A DNA stretch of 58,837 nt from Pseudogymnoascus verrucosus (Eukaryota), in the NCBI GenBank assembly GCA_001662655.1, contig KV460235.1, one strand, 5' to 3'. A program made the position numbers and the translations under genes. Positions 40,563-51,781 of the stretch are shown in pieces. Under the pieces are notes generated by a model that did not search any database, was not told the DNA's origin, and was given only the letters and a program-made list of their open reading frames with translations. The first letter of the stretch is position 1, and each line of letters opens with the position of its first letter.

Positions 40563-42962
40563 ATGTCGGCGAGAAGTTTGACTCAGGAGAACCCCTACTC
40601 CGAAATCCTTGGACAGCCCTCCATATCACCCCAAAATGGTGTCATTTCACAGCGAGTCAAGCGTAAGAGACTTCGAGTTCCTGTGGCATGTTTCAGTTGC
40701 AGAGCCCTCAAGACGAAATGCGACGGCAACAAGCCAGTCTGTTCTACGTGTTCATCCAATGGCGGTGATTGCCAGTATAGCTCCAGCGGCATCTCAACAA
40801 GTTCTGCCGTCGTAATGGTTAACCAACAGTAGGTATTAACTACATCAAAGGAATGCACACCCCTAACTATGAAATAATAGATATTTGCATTCATTAGAGG
40901 AGAGACTTGCCAAATTAGAGCGAGGAACAACTCGAGAGTCAGTAGGAGACCACACCACAGTGTATTCGGAACTGAGCGTGATGCTCCCCACTCCTTCAAG
41001 TCGGTCAATGAGTCTCTCCAATTCGGATGTTGCGTGCAGCAACCCGTCTGCTCACGCTCCTCTTATATCCAATATCAATCTAAATCTAACAAACACCTCA
41101 ACCACGGACAGCCCTCTACTCGTATCCGCTGATCCAGATGTCTTTATGGGCGGATTATCCTTCACTCAACTGATCCTAAACGCTATGAACGGCCGCACCA
41201 TTGGCGTGCGAGCCCAGCCCTCCTACTCCAATAGAGACGAGTCCATTCCCTCGTCAGCACTCTTCCAACTCCCCAACGAAGCACGCGATCTCGTCGACCA
41301 ATTCTTCAAGATTAACCACACCTCTCGCCTATATTCCACGAGCCCACAATCCGCGTCTCCTTCGAAGACGCCATCAGCAGCCCCATCTCAGAACGCCACC
41401 ATCATCGCCACAGCCTCGCGCTCCTAAATATGATCTTCGCTGTCTGCCTCTCCCACCGCCTCATGGACCAAAATACGAACCCCGCCATCTCGCGGCGCTA
41501 CTATGATATCGCCATTGAACTTCTTAAGCCCACTTTACTTCGCGACTGGAACATCTCTAAAGTCCAGGCATTACTCCTCGGCGCACGCCACCTGCAGTGC
41601 TCCAACAGCCCCGACGAATGCTGGAACGTTCTCGGGCTCGCGATCCGCATTGCGCATGGGCTAGAGCTACATCGTGCATCGCCACAAGACCAAAAGTGTA
41701 TTGAGAATGAGGTCAGGACGAGGGTGTGGTGGGCTTGTTTCACGCTTGACAAGTTACTGAGTATGATTTACGGGAGGCCAGCTGTGACGAGTAGTGTGGA
41801 CTTTACGTTTCCCCTGCCCGAGGATCTTGATGATGAGTTTATTTTTGCGGATAGGGTTTTGTATCCGACTCCAAAGAGGGTGAGCGGGATGAGATTTAAC
41901 ATCGAAGTGGTAAAATTGTATAAGATTTTAGAGATTGCAACGCGCTCTGTGGATTTCGAGACTACAGTCGGCTGCGGCGAGGCTCTGGCGCAGAGTGTGC
42001 TAGTCCTTGACGAGCGCTTTCAGAGATGGTATGCGGATGTGCCGCGAGAGTTGAAGCTTGAAGAGAACGAAGATGAGGCAGCCGAGAAGCCGCTGATCTT
42101 AGCGTTGCGGGCGAATATGGTTCGGATCTTGATCCATAGGCCGTCACTTGCGCTGAGCTTGAGAGCGCTGAGCGGGACTGTGGATCACAGGAGGGCAGAT
42201 GAGGGGGTAAAGAGTAGTATTTTGCAGCATAGTCGGGGCATTTGTGTTAGTACTGCTATGGAGACTGTTAATCTTATTGGAAGGAGGCATGAGCAGACGA
42301 GGAGGAAGAGTGGAACTAGTTGGTTTAATTTGTATTATTGTACGTCACTGTATCGGTTTCGCCTCCGCGTTTCTATTCCTTTATCCATCCCTTTGCGTTT
42401 CCTTTGCGTTTCCTTTGCGTTTCCCTCTTCATGCCTCTTACTCGTCACTTTGTCTCCATGTTTTATGTTTGACATGAATTAACGCTGATAATAAACAGTA
42501 TTCAACGCAACCTTAATCCTCGTCTCGCACGTTGTCGACACCGCCTACAGCAACGCCTGCAGCAACGCCCTCCCATGCCTCGCCCAACTCGATACCGCCC
42601 TCACCATGATAAAAGCTATGTCGTCGAACCACACCTTCGCGCAGAAAGCGTATTCCTTTCTGCAACAACTCCTCAGCTGCATGGACAAAAGCCTTCCTAC
42701 GACCACGATGCGTTGGGATGGGGCAACGGCCACCTGCGCTCCAACGACTCAGAGCGCCATTTATGACAGTAGGAACGGAATAGATGGCATAGGCCTTGCG
42801 AGGAACTTGGATGAGATGGGGAGGATGATACCGGATGAGGAGCTTTTTGCCGGCTTGTCTGATTTCACCCAGGATTTAAACGAGATGTACGCGGACCTTG
42901 GGAGCGAGATGTCGGCGTGGTTTGATGAGCAGGGACCGGCGCTTTATAGGACTGTTGAATAG
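40563..42962 (+). CDS. Zn2Cys6 transcription factor with Fungal_trans domain; carries an apparent frameshift at ~41316-41323
   Basis: ACFSCRALKTKCDGNKPVCSTC..C; GLAIRIAHGLELHR..RVWWACFTLDKLLSMIYGRP; introns 40829-40880 and 42340-42498; frame changes after ..DQFFKINH. Confidence 0.85.
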
Positions 42963-43399
42963 GATCTATGCTTAATAAGATTGGAGTAGCAGAGATAGTA
43001 GTGTATAAGTACAGGGAGGAAATAAGGGGCAACTCTGCCATCCGCACGAGGCCGGCCAGCATTAGCCGTCAAAAGAGGCCGCATATTACAGGATGTCACT
43101 CGAGCTGTTACCTAATCGTTGGTTTCTAATCTACCGCCTAGAAGGCGGTTGGCGAAAACGATCGGCACTGCAAAAGCGTTCGTGTACTCTGTACTCTCTC
43201 AGCAGACGCACAAGCGTGCGTCTAAGTACAACTATTAGCACAACAAAACAACAACTAACATATAATATATCAATTGATATAGCCAAAAATAAAGCTATTC
43301 TTATAAATCTATAGAAGGAGGGCCATATAGAGGGGTCTATATAACTCTATAGAGTCTTCCCTTAACAGAGAGTAGCTAATAGCCTTGTCTACTAAACCC

Positions 43400-45222
43400 T
43401 TAGTTCTTCTCAATAATCACAGCCTCACTCGCAAACACATCTACCACCCCATTGTTAACACTCTCCCAGGTCTCCTTTCCTACAAATTTCCCTGTCTTCC
43501 CATCTACTGCCTGATTTCCCCATGTCACCCCTGTCTTGGCAATAGTATTCGGAGCTGTAAGGCGCTTTACCGTTAGCTTCTTTCCAAAGATAGATAAGAG
43601 GTCGACATGTTTCGCTGGCCGCGTGTCGGTAGTGTTGTACAATTGCGTGTTGAGAATGACCATCTTCTTCAGCTGGTTGCCGCTATAAATGGCGTAGTGG
43701 GCAAGATCGTGGGTGTCGAGATGGGCGACTCTGTGGATGCGTGGGGAATTGAGGCCGGAGATTGCGGACGCGTGGAAGAGAAGACTGTAGTATCTGTGTA
43801 GTGAAAGTTAGGTGACCGATTCCAAAAGTCGCCGTAATCTGATTAACGGCCTCAGGTTAAGAATGAAGCAACTTACTGGGGATTGATATGTGGCTGAGGA
43901 GAGGATGCACTCCCACCAATAGGCTCCCAGAACGAATAGAAATAGTCACCTCTACCATTGTGGAAGAAAATCCGATCAAGTCCAAGCGTGGCCATATAGA
44001 AGGAGTAATCGATCGTCCACAATAGCCCACCCATAGTATTAGATACGCCATCCTTACCGTGGCAGGCAGCACTGCTCGTCTCGCCCATATGGTATATTTT
44101 CCCAAGCGATTTTGCAGCTGCAATTTCGCCAATATAAGCACTGTAGTACTGTACAGTTTTCATATGGTTTACGTAATCCTCTATTTTTACGAGTTCTCCG
44201 TGGGCAGCTGCGAAAGTGTTAGTTTCGGATCATGATGCGAAGAACTGGATAGGAGGGAGTAACTTACGAGTGCAGACATCTGCTTGGTATGCGTGCGACG
44301 AGAAGATTGTTACTTGCTTAAGCTTCGACACACCGAATTGAAGTGCCTGTACTAATGTGAAGTCTGATGCGACGGCAGGCGACGCCGCAATAGATCCGTA
44401 CTGGAAGCTCTTTCCGGAACTCAGCTGTGGCAGCCAGTCGAGAGTCTGCTGGACATAAGCAGCCATATTCCAGGTGTCCTTTGACCGGAAGCCGTAGCTG
44501 GCCATAGTGAAGTGGTCGGGCTCATTTCCAAGCTCATACGCAACAACCTTCGACTGATCGAGGTATTTCAGGGCTGCGCGGAGCTCGGCCTTGGGGACCT
44601 CGACGTCGTCTAGTGCCAACATTAGTCTAACCCTAATCTTTTTTTAAATAAAAATCAAGCAGAGGATAGCATACTTCGTCCTAAATTAAGCCCAAAAATG
44701 TACTCCTGCTTTGAAGGCATGTTCTCATTCATGGCTGTAAATAGGCCCTTGCTGAATGAAATATCAATTGCTTCCGTACTTCCAGGAGCATAGGTGCTGT
44801 TCATGGACTCTGGGCAATTTTCACAATACGCTGCTTTGTCTTGTGTATTACCACCTAAACGAATGATCGGAAGTGTTCCCGATATGTCCATGACATTCTG
44901 AAGCAGCTGTTTCGAGAAGAGATTCGGCGATTTTGCTGCCCCTAAAAAGTCGACGCTGTAGCAAAACCTTATATTTATTAGCCATTATGATAACTGTATA
45001 CCTATAGATTTAGACTTACTCAATTGACACTGAGATCAATTGGCGATTGAGCGGCATGGACTCCTTCGCTCCAGCTGAAACGTCAAATGAGACAGAGACA
45101 TCCGAATAGCTTAATCCAGCCTTTGTGTTGGCTCTTGGAGAAAGTGGAGCCACGGCGACAGCAGAAGCCAAGGCGGGCCAAAATGCCAACGCCGCAACTA
45201 CTGTAGTAATCATTCGTGACAT
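43400..45222 (-). CDS. Secreted GH79 beta-glucuronidase-like glycoside hydrolase
   Basis: Signal peptide, ISVSIE, IRLGGNTQD, YELGNEPDH (acid/base Glu), MGETSSAAC (nucleophile Glu), GVSNTMGGLLWTIDY, C-terminal beta-sandwich with VKRLTAP..GVTWGNQ; four introns. Confidence 0.9.
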
Positions 45223-45573
45223 ATTGACAGTGCTACTAAGATGGAATCACTAAAAGGCAATTCCTACTCCTCGAATTATCTAGGAAACATAGGACGTACT
45301 TATGCTCAGCTTCAAGCCACTCTAAACGACATTCTATGCGGCTTTTGACATGGGTTGCCAAAATGCGGGGATATGACAAGTGGGGAAATTGGGGTTGTGC
45401 GGTGTCCGGTGTCCGATGCGGGGGAGATGGACGGTCAAAACAAGCGAATCGGCAAAGACGGAAGGGAGTCCTTGGGTTCGGGATGGAGTTGCATTCGCAG
45501 GGGTCGGCTATTGAAATCGGAACTAAGCTTCCATCCAAAAGCCGACGTGCCGAAGGAAAGATGTGCGGCTAAC

Positions 45574-45734
45574 CATCGTAATTGGTTACTCAGAGGGTAG
45601 GATTCACCCTGATATTGTAAGTGCAGATAATACTAACATGGTGGATAGTACAATGGGCCGTACAACTAGTCATCGTAATTGGTTACTCAGAGGGTAGCAT
45701 TCACCCTGATGTTGTAAGTGTAAATAATACCAAC
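45574..45734. repeat. Duplicated ~64-bp unit (period 97 bp) in the GH79/sugar-porter divergent promoter
   Basis: catcgtaattggttactcagagggtag(g/c)attcaccctgat(a/g)ttgtaagtg.. at 45574 and 45671. Confidence 0.9.
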
Positions 45735-45947
45735 TTAGTGGGATGGCAAAGAACAGGAAAAACATTAAGCCGTCATGCAATGCCGAGCCTTACCCGCATC
45801 CCGCCGTTCCCCAGCTTCCCCACATAGAAATATATATACAAGACCTACCTCCTCCCCATACTATTTCCCCAGACTCAATCCGAAGATCCTCAACGTGGAC
45901 AGGACAAATTCGCCACCAAATAATTTTCATATCGACAGACAGCCAGT

Positions 45948-47575
45948 ATGACAAAACCAATGTTAAAGAACTTGCGAGTATATATACTCGCAAGTGTGGC
46001 GTATATGGGCTCTTTTCTTTTCGGTATGCTTTAGGCCCACTTTTTTTTTTTGAAATGTTCCCAGTGCAGTCACTGACTATTACAGGTTATGACACCGGCG
46101 TGATGGGCAGTGTTTTAGCCCTAAAGAGCTTTAAGGAGGATTTCGGACTTCCAACGGAGAGTTCCGGATTTGCAAATAGCAAAAATGCTGAGATCTCGTC
46201 GAATGTCGTTTCGTTATTAACGGCAGGATGTTTCTTCGGCGCTATTGGGGCCGCCTTTGCCAATGAAAAATTTGGCCGTCGATACACACTCATGGTTCTA
46301 TGTGTCATTTTCCTCATTGGTGCCGCTGTCCAGACCGCGGCCACCCACCAACTTTCGTACATCTACGCTGGGCGTGTCATTGCTGGCCTGGGAATCGGAG
46401 GCATGTCAGCTATCACCCCGGTATTCGTCGCAGAGAACTGCCCAGCAGAAGTTCGCGGCCGAATCACGGGATTGTTCCAGGAATTTTTAGTCATTGGCGT
46501 CACCATCGCATACTGGTTGAATTATGGTGTGTCTCGGAACATCGCTCCATCAACCGCACAATGGCGTATCCCCGTCGGATTCCAAATGGCCCCTGGTGCT
46601 GTTATGTTGGTCGGTCTTTGTTTCCTGAAGGAGTCACCGCGTTGGTTGGTGAAGCAGGGTCGATACGATGAGGCCACCGCATCTCTCGCCTACATGCGCC
46701 GTGAGGACCCAGGCAGCCCAGAAGTTCAAGGGGAACTCGCAGAAATCCGGGCTTCCATCGAAGATGAACTTGCAGCAACAGAAGGTGTCGCCTGGAAGGA
46801 GGTGTTGCAACCTGGCAACCGAGCTCGATTTGTGAATGGGTTCCTCATCATGTTCTGGCAACAGTTTTCTGGAACCAACAGCATCGGATACTACGCTCCC
46901 CAGATATTTCAAACAATCGGCGTTGCCAAGACTGACACCAGTCTATTTGCAACTGGTATTTATGGCATCGTCAAGATGATTTCTACTGGTATCTTTTTGC
47001 TGGTGGGTATCGATCAGATTGGTCGCCGTCGGTCCCTGATTGCTGGCGCAGCCTGGATGTCCGTCATGATGTTCATACTTGGTGCTGTGCTCGCCACCCA
47101 TCCCCCAACGAACGTCAACACCGTCTCCCCGGCCTCTATCGGCATGATTGTCATGATATATCTGTACGTCATTGGTTACTCCGCCTCATGGGGTCCAATC
47201 CCGTGGGTCTACCTGTCAGAAATCTTCCCAACACGGCTTCGCGCATACGGTGTTGGTATGGGGTCCGCGACGCAATGGCTGTTCAACTTCGTCATCACTC
47301 GTATCACACCGGCTGCCATCAACCACATCGGGTGGAGGACATTCATCATGTTTGGTGTCTTCTGTCTTGCGATGGGTACGTGGATCTTCTTCTTCGTTCA
47401 GGAGACCAAGGGCCGTACGCTTGAGGACATGGATATTCTCTTTGGCACTGTCGATATGGAACGTCGCAAGAATGACATTGAGAATATGCTAGGGAAGGCC
47501 AGAATCGTCGAGGATGAAGATATTTCCAAAGTCGATAACAGCCAGGTGGAGCAAGAGCACCGTGTTAAAGAGTAA
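45948..47575 (+). CDS. MFS sugar porter, quinate-permease-like clade
   Basis: MTKPMLKNLRVYILASVAYMGSFLFG|YDTGVMG (intron ~46024-46085), KFGRR, AENCPAEVRGR, KESPRWL, QQFSGTNSIGYYAP, SWGPIPW, QETKGRTLE. Confidence 0.93.
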
Positions 47576-47674
47576 ATGTATATAATATATTATTCGACAA
47601 AGGAATATAATAGTCTGTATTTACTCATGTAAAGAATAGAATACTAGTGTGCTACTATTCTTAGCCTAGCATCT

Positions 47675-48392
47675 TCCGAAGTTGTAAGGTCATGTAACCA
47701 TATTATAACATGTAATCGTAGTCAGAAGGAAAGTGCGTTCGCGAGATTTACATAGTAAATTGTTAAAAGTCAGAATTTATTAATTTTCTGTACCTTTAAT
47801 ATAAGCCTATTTTATACCCTTTTTAGTAATTAACAACTCTATAGCATTATATATATATATCATTTATTAAAATAATTCTACTATATTTCAATATTTTTGT
47901 TACCTTAAGTCACATTACATACAATTTACTATGTAAAGGTAATCGTGGTTGGAAGCAAAGTGCGTCCGCAAAGCAAAGTGCGTCCGCGAGATTTACATTG
48001 TAAATCGTTGCAAGTCAGAACTTCTTCATTTTCTATACCTTTAAAATAAGCCTATTTTACACCCTTTTTTGTAATTAACGACTCTTTATTAATATAAAAT
48101 TTAAATGCTTCTAGTATAAGTAGCATCATATATATATATATTATCTATTAAATTTTAGGAATAATAATAGAGCATTTAAAGCAGTTATATATGTTTTTAT
48201 TAACATTATTTTACTACATTTTTATCTTTCTGCTACCTTAAGTCACGTTACATACAATTTACTATGTAAAGGTACCTATAATATTTGGTGGTCGCGAACG
48301 CATATTGCTTCCACATCGTCTAGGGAACCACGATTATTGAATCACCTGACTCGTGACATAGAGCTTTAGGTTACATGACCCACTGCTTCGGA
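47675..48392. mobile_element. AT-rich non-autonomous (MITE-like) element relic with outer inverted repeats and two internal tandem units
   Basis: GGTCATGTAACC 47688-47699 vs GGTTACATGACC 48369-48380; internal 17-bp inverted pair TTTACATAGTAAATTGT/ACAATTTACTATGTAAA (47747-47937), repeated at 47992-48270. Confidence 0.6.
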
Positions 48393-48691
48393 GTTTGCAG
48401 TAGCTCCGTTCCTCCGTGTTAGTGCGTTCTGAATGGACTTCCACCAACTCCGATCCGCCACTAACTCCGTCGGAGTTGAGAAGCAAACTTATACAAAGTC
48501 GATTCCCGTCTTACGAGACTCCTCGTTGTAAAATTTGGCATCATAGTCCGTTGGGATACGGATTTCGGAGAATGCATTGCTAAACGGGCAGTAAAATAGC
48601 ACCCGCGAGTTGTGACGCTGTTGTGTTGATATCAATCACCTCAACTCCGTTGGGCTCAAGCGGCTGCTCGTATGCTCGTATTGATAGCGCA

Positions 48692-51204
48692 ATGGAGCTC
48701 AATAATTCGTCAGAAGGGCTTGGGATAAGCTCGCACAGGGGGGAGGGTGTGGCGGAGCACGTGCTTGCGAATGCGCCATATGGAAAGGCTTGTCTCAACT
48801 GCGTGAGGAGTAAAACTAGGTGTGCTGTGCTACCAAGTGGACCGAAATGTGAGAGGTACGTGCCTTTTATTAGTTCGTCTTGCTTGGATATCATTATTCT
48901 ACCTCGGCATCGAACAGTGCCAATTTTATTCCGAGGCTGCTATACTATCAAACCTCGCATATTTCAAAGTTTTATCCATTGCTTAAATGCAGTCCGTTTG
49001 CGACAAATACTAAATTAAAATCCAGGTGTTTACGTCTCAACAAGGACTGCCAACCGGCACCGACGATTCGTAAAAGGAAGGTGGCCAAGAGATCAAAACC
49101 ATCAACAGCCTCAGTAGCTAGCAAGACGGCAGCATTGGAAGAAAAACTCGATGATCTTACCCTGATTCTCCAACGTTCTCAGGCAGCTCAAACCGCCCCT
49201 TCCTCTCTCACATCCCGCTCCGTGACGAGTGAATCGTCGAGTCAGTTGGAAAATGGGAATTTCGGTCAACCCAATAACCCTATTCTTGGTGGGAATGTAA
49301 ATGGAACTGGCGCTGCAACCGCTACGAACCATGGATTAAATGTGCAACAGGGGGGACCTGGGCTTGGTAATTTTTTCAACTACGGAAAGTTGAATAGTAA
49401 GCCGAGCGAATCGACTGGAGCTCAGGGCGACACTCTTTGCTCTCAATACGCACCGCCTACGCCATCAGAATCCAGCTCCTCCACGTCCAATCGTGGACCT
49501 TGTATTACACAATACTTTAGGGACAATGATCCAGCCATTAGCTGCTCAGCCCAAAAAGCAAACGACACGCCCCCGTCCTTTCCAACGAACGGCGAACTTG
49601 AAGATATTGCTGAGTTAGAAATGACTCTAGAGACCTACCGTACAAAAATGGCTCCTTTTTTCCCACTGGTAATAATCGACAAAAATGTAACGGCTAGAGA
49701 GTTGATGGAAGAACGACCTTTCTTGAGTTTAGTTATCCGGGCAATTTGCCCCAAGAGTACAGCTAGGCAAGCTGAATTAGGCCTCGAAATTAGACGAGTC
49801 CTGGGGAGGGAAATGCTTATCGAGGGTGCTAAAAACATGGACCTCCTCTCAGGGCTGTTAATTTTTTCTGCGTGGGGTCATTTTTACCTCTACAACAAAC
49901 CTATAATATCGACGGTCATCCACCTTGCAACATCGGTAGCCTTCGACCTTGCCCTCACGAAACCAGTTCCAACTGAGCCGGCGCTCATAATGCTAGCTTA
50001 CAATGCACAGGGGTGCCCGAAGAATGCAACTGTTGCCGTTAGGACTATGGAAGAGAGGCGATCTGTTATTGGGCTCTTTTTGGTTAGTTCAGTGTAAGTG
50101 AAGGGTGTCTTGCTATTTTCTTTTGAATTGCTAATATTTACCGACCCGAACAAGTAAACTGATCATTTCTTAGATGTTCCTGCTATTTCCAGAGAATTGA
50201 GCCTCTACGATGGGTACCATACTTTGAGGAGTGTCTGCAACTACTGGAGAAGACGAGAGAGCATCCGACAGATATCCTACTGGTTTTCTTTACTCGGCTA
50301 CAATTGATCAAAAACGCCATATATCGCGACATGAGTGATAATCTTCATGGCGGAATAGCCAGTCCACCGAGCGAAATATATTTCAAGTCACTCCAGTCAC
50401 AATTAGAGGAACTAAAGCGGAATATCCCCCCTGAATTAGATGGCAACAGTAAGCATTCCCACTTCCAAATACCATTTCAATACGCTCACATGATACACAG
50501 TCAGCGTACAACTTCACCTTCACCACGCGGTCCTCACTTTACACGAACATTGCCTCGGCACCTGCTCAACCAAGGCTGGCCCTCCAGATCCCTCTAAAAC
50601 ACTTCAGCTTGCCAAGAGCCTCTGGACCTGCCTTGACGCTACCAAATCTTGGTTTGCGCTTTTCGTATCCGCTGAAATTGTACCACTCTCAAGCTATGCT
50701 GAAATGCCCATGGCGTTAATGGCGCAAATGGCACATTTCCTTGTAGCGCTGTACCGCCTAAGTACCTTCGAGTGCCCTGGTGTGTCTTGGGACCGACAAC
50801 TTGTACGGCAGGAAGTTGATCTAGGGGTGATGATAAATCTTCTGACCGAGAAATGGGGCCAGGTCCCTGCAGCGGCAGGGATTGACACTACTGGTCCGGG
50901 TGTTCATAATATTTGGATGTTAACAAACAGGATGTTGGGAAAGATTGCACATTGGTGGGAAATGAAAGTCGTAACTCCAGCCGCAGCCGCAGCCGCAGCC
51001 GACGCTGAGAGCCGGCTAGGCGGTCAAAATCTTACAATTGGACATGAGAATTCCGGTGGGAATGAGGGTCTTCACGGATTTGCCGCTCAGGGGCAGCTTC
51101 CGATGCAGGACATCGATTTCGGGGCGACTAATATGGATTTGTTGGACGACGTTTGGATGAGAGATCTTCTTGCGGGGGATTTTCCATATCAGCTGGACTT
51201 CTGA
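48692..51204 (+). CDS. Zn2Cys6 transcription factor
   Basis: APYGKACLNCVRSKTRC..KCER|CLRLNKDC across intron ~48856-49026; LEEKLD coiled coil; FFPLVII..ERPFL..RTMEERR..G; further introns ~50094-50173 and ~50449-50500. Confidence 0.88.
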
Positions 51205-51781
51205 TATGGAGATTCTGGAAGGATAAATGCGGATTATATGGTTGGGTTTATCAGGGATGGGCATAATTAGAGGTGGAATTTTAGGGTTTGGCGTTGGTGA
51301 TTTAACACAAAAATCACGACATACGGCATGTTGATAAACCCTTATGGGAGCTGCCCTTGCTTGGTTTATAACCTGCTGGGACATAACTGATATATAATTG
51401 ATGATTTGCTCACATTGGAATGATTAGAGGGATTGAGTGGATGAATTGGTTCCGAGCGGAGTTTGAAAGGGGTGGAGTGGAGTTAATATAGGATCTCGGG
51501 CCCGAACCCCGACGGATTCCGCTGGTTTAGGCAGCCTCGTCATCATCGGATTTTAGATTGTTGGAGATGGTCGCGACCGGCGTTAAAATTTATATGCGAG
51601 AATCTTACTTTTGGAGTTACATATATGTCATGTTCCCCTTCCATGCTGTGCTTTGAACACCATGCGATATCGTCCGCTTGTCGATTGGATCAACTTGTCT
51701 CTGTGCCGCTGTTGAGTGACAGTCCGCACTTCTCGGCTTCGCTAAATACTTAAATTCCCCGTACATAGGTACCAAACAAAA

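Noticed and set aside
45743..45947. N-terminal extension of the 610-aa porter ORF
   Set aside because: Artefact of reading through the first intron; the real start is ATG 45948 in another frame
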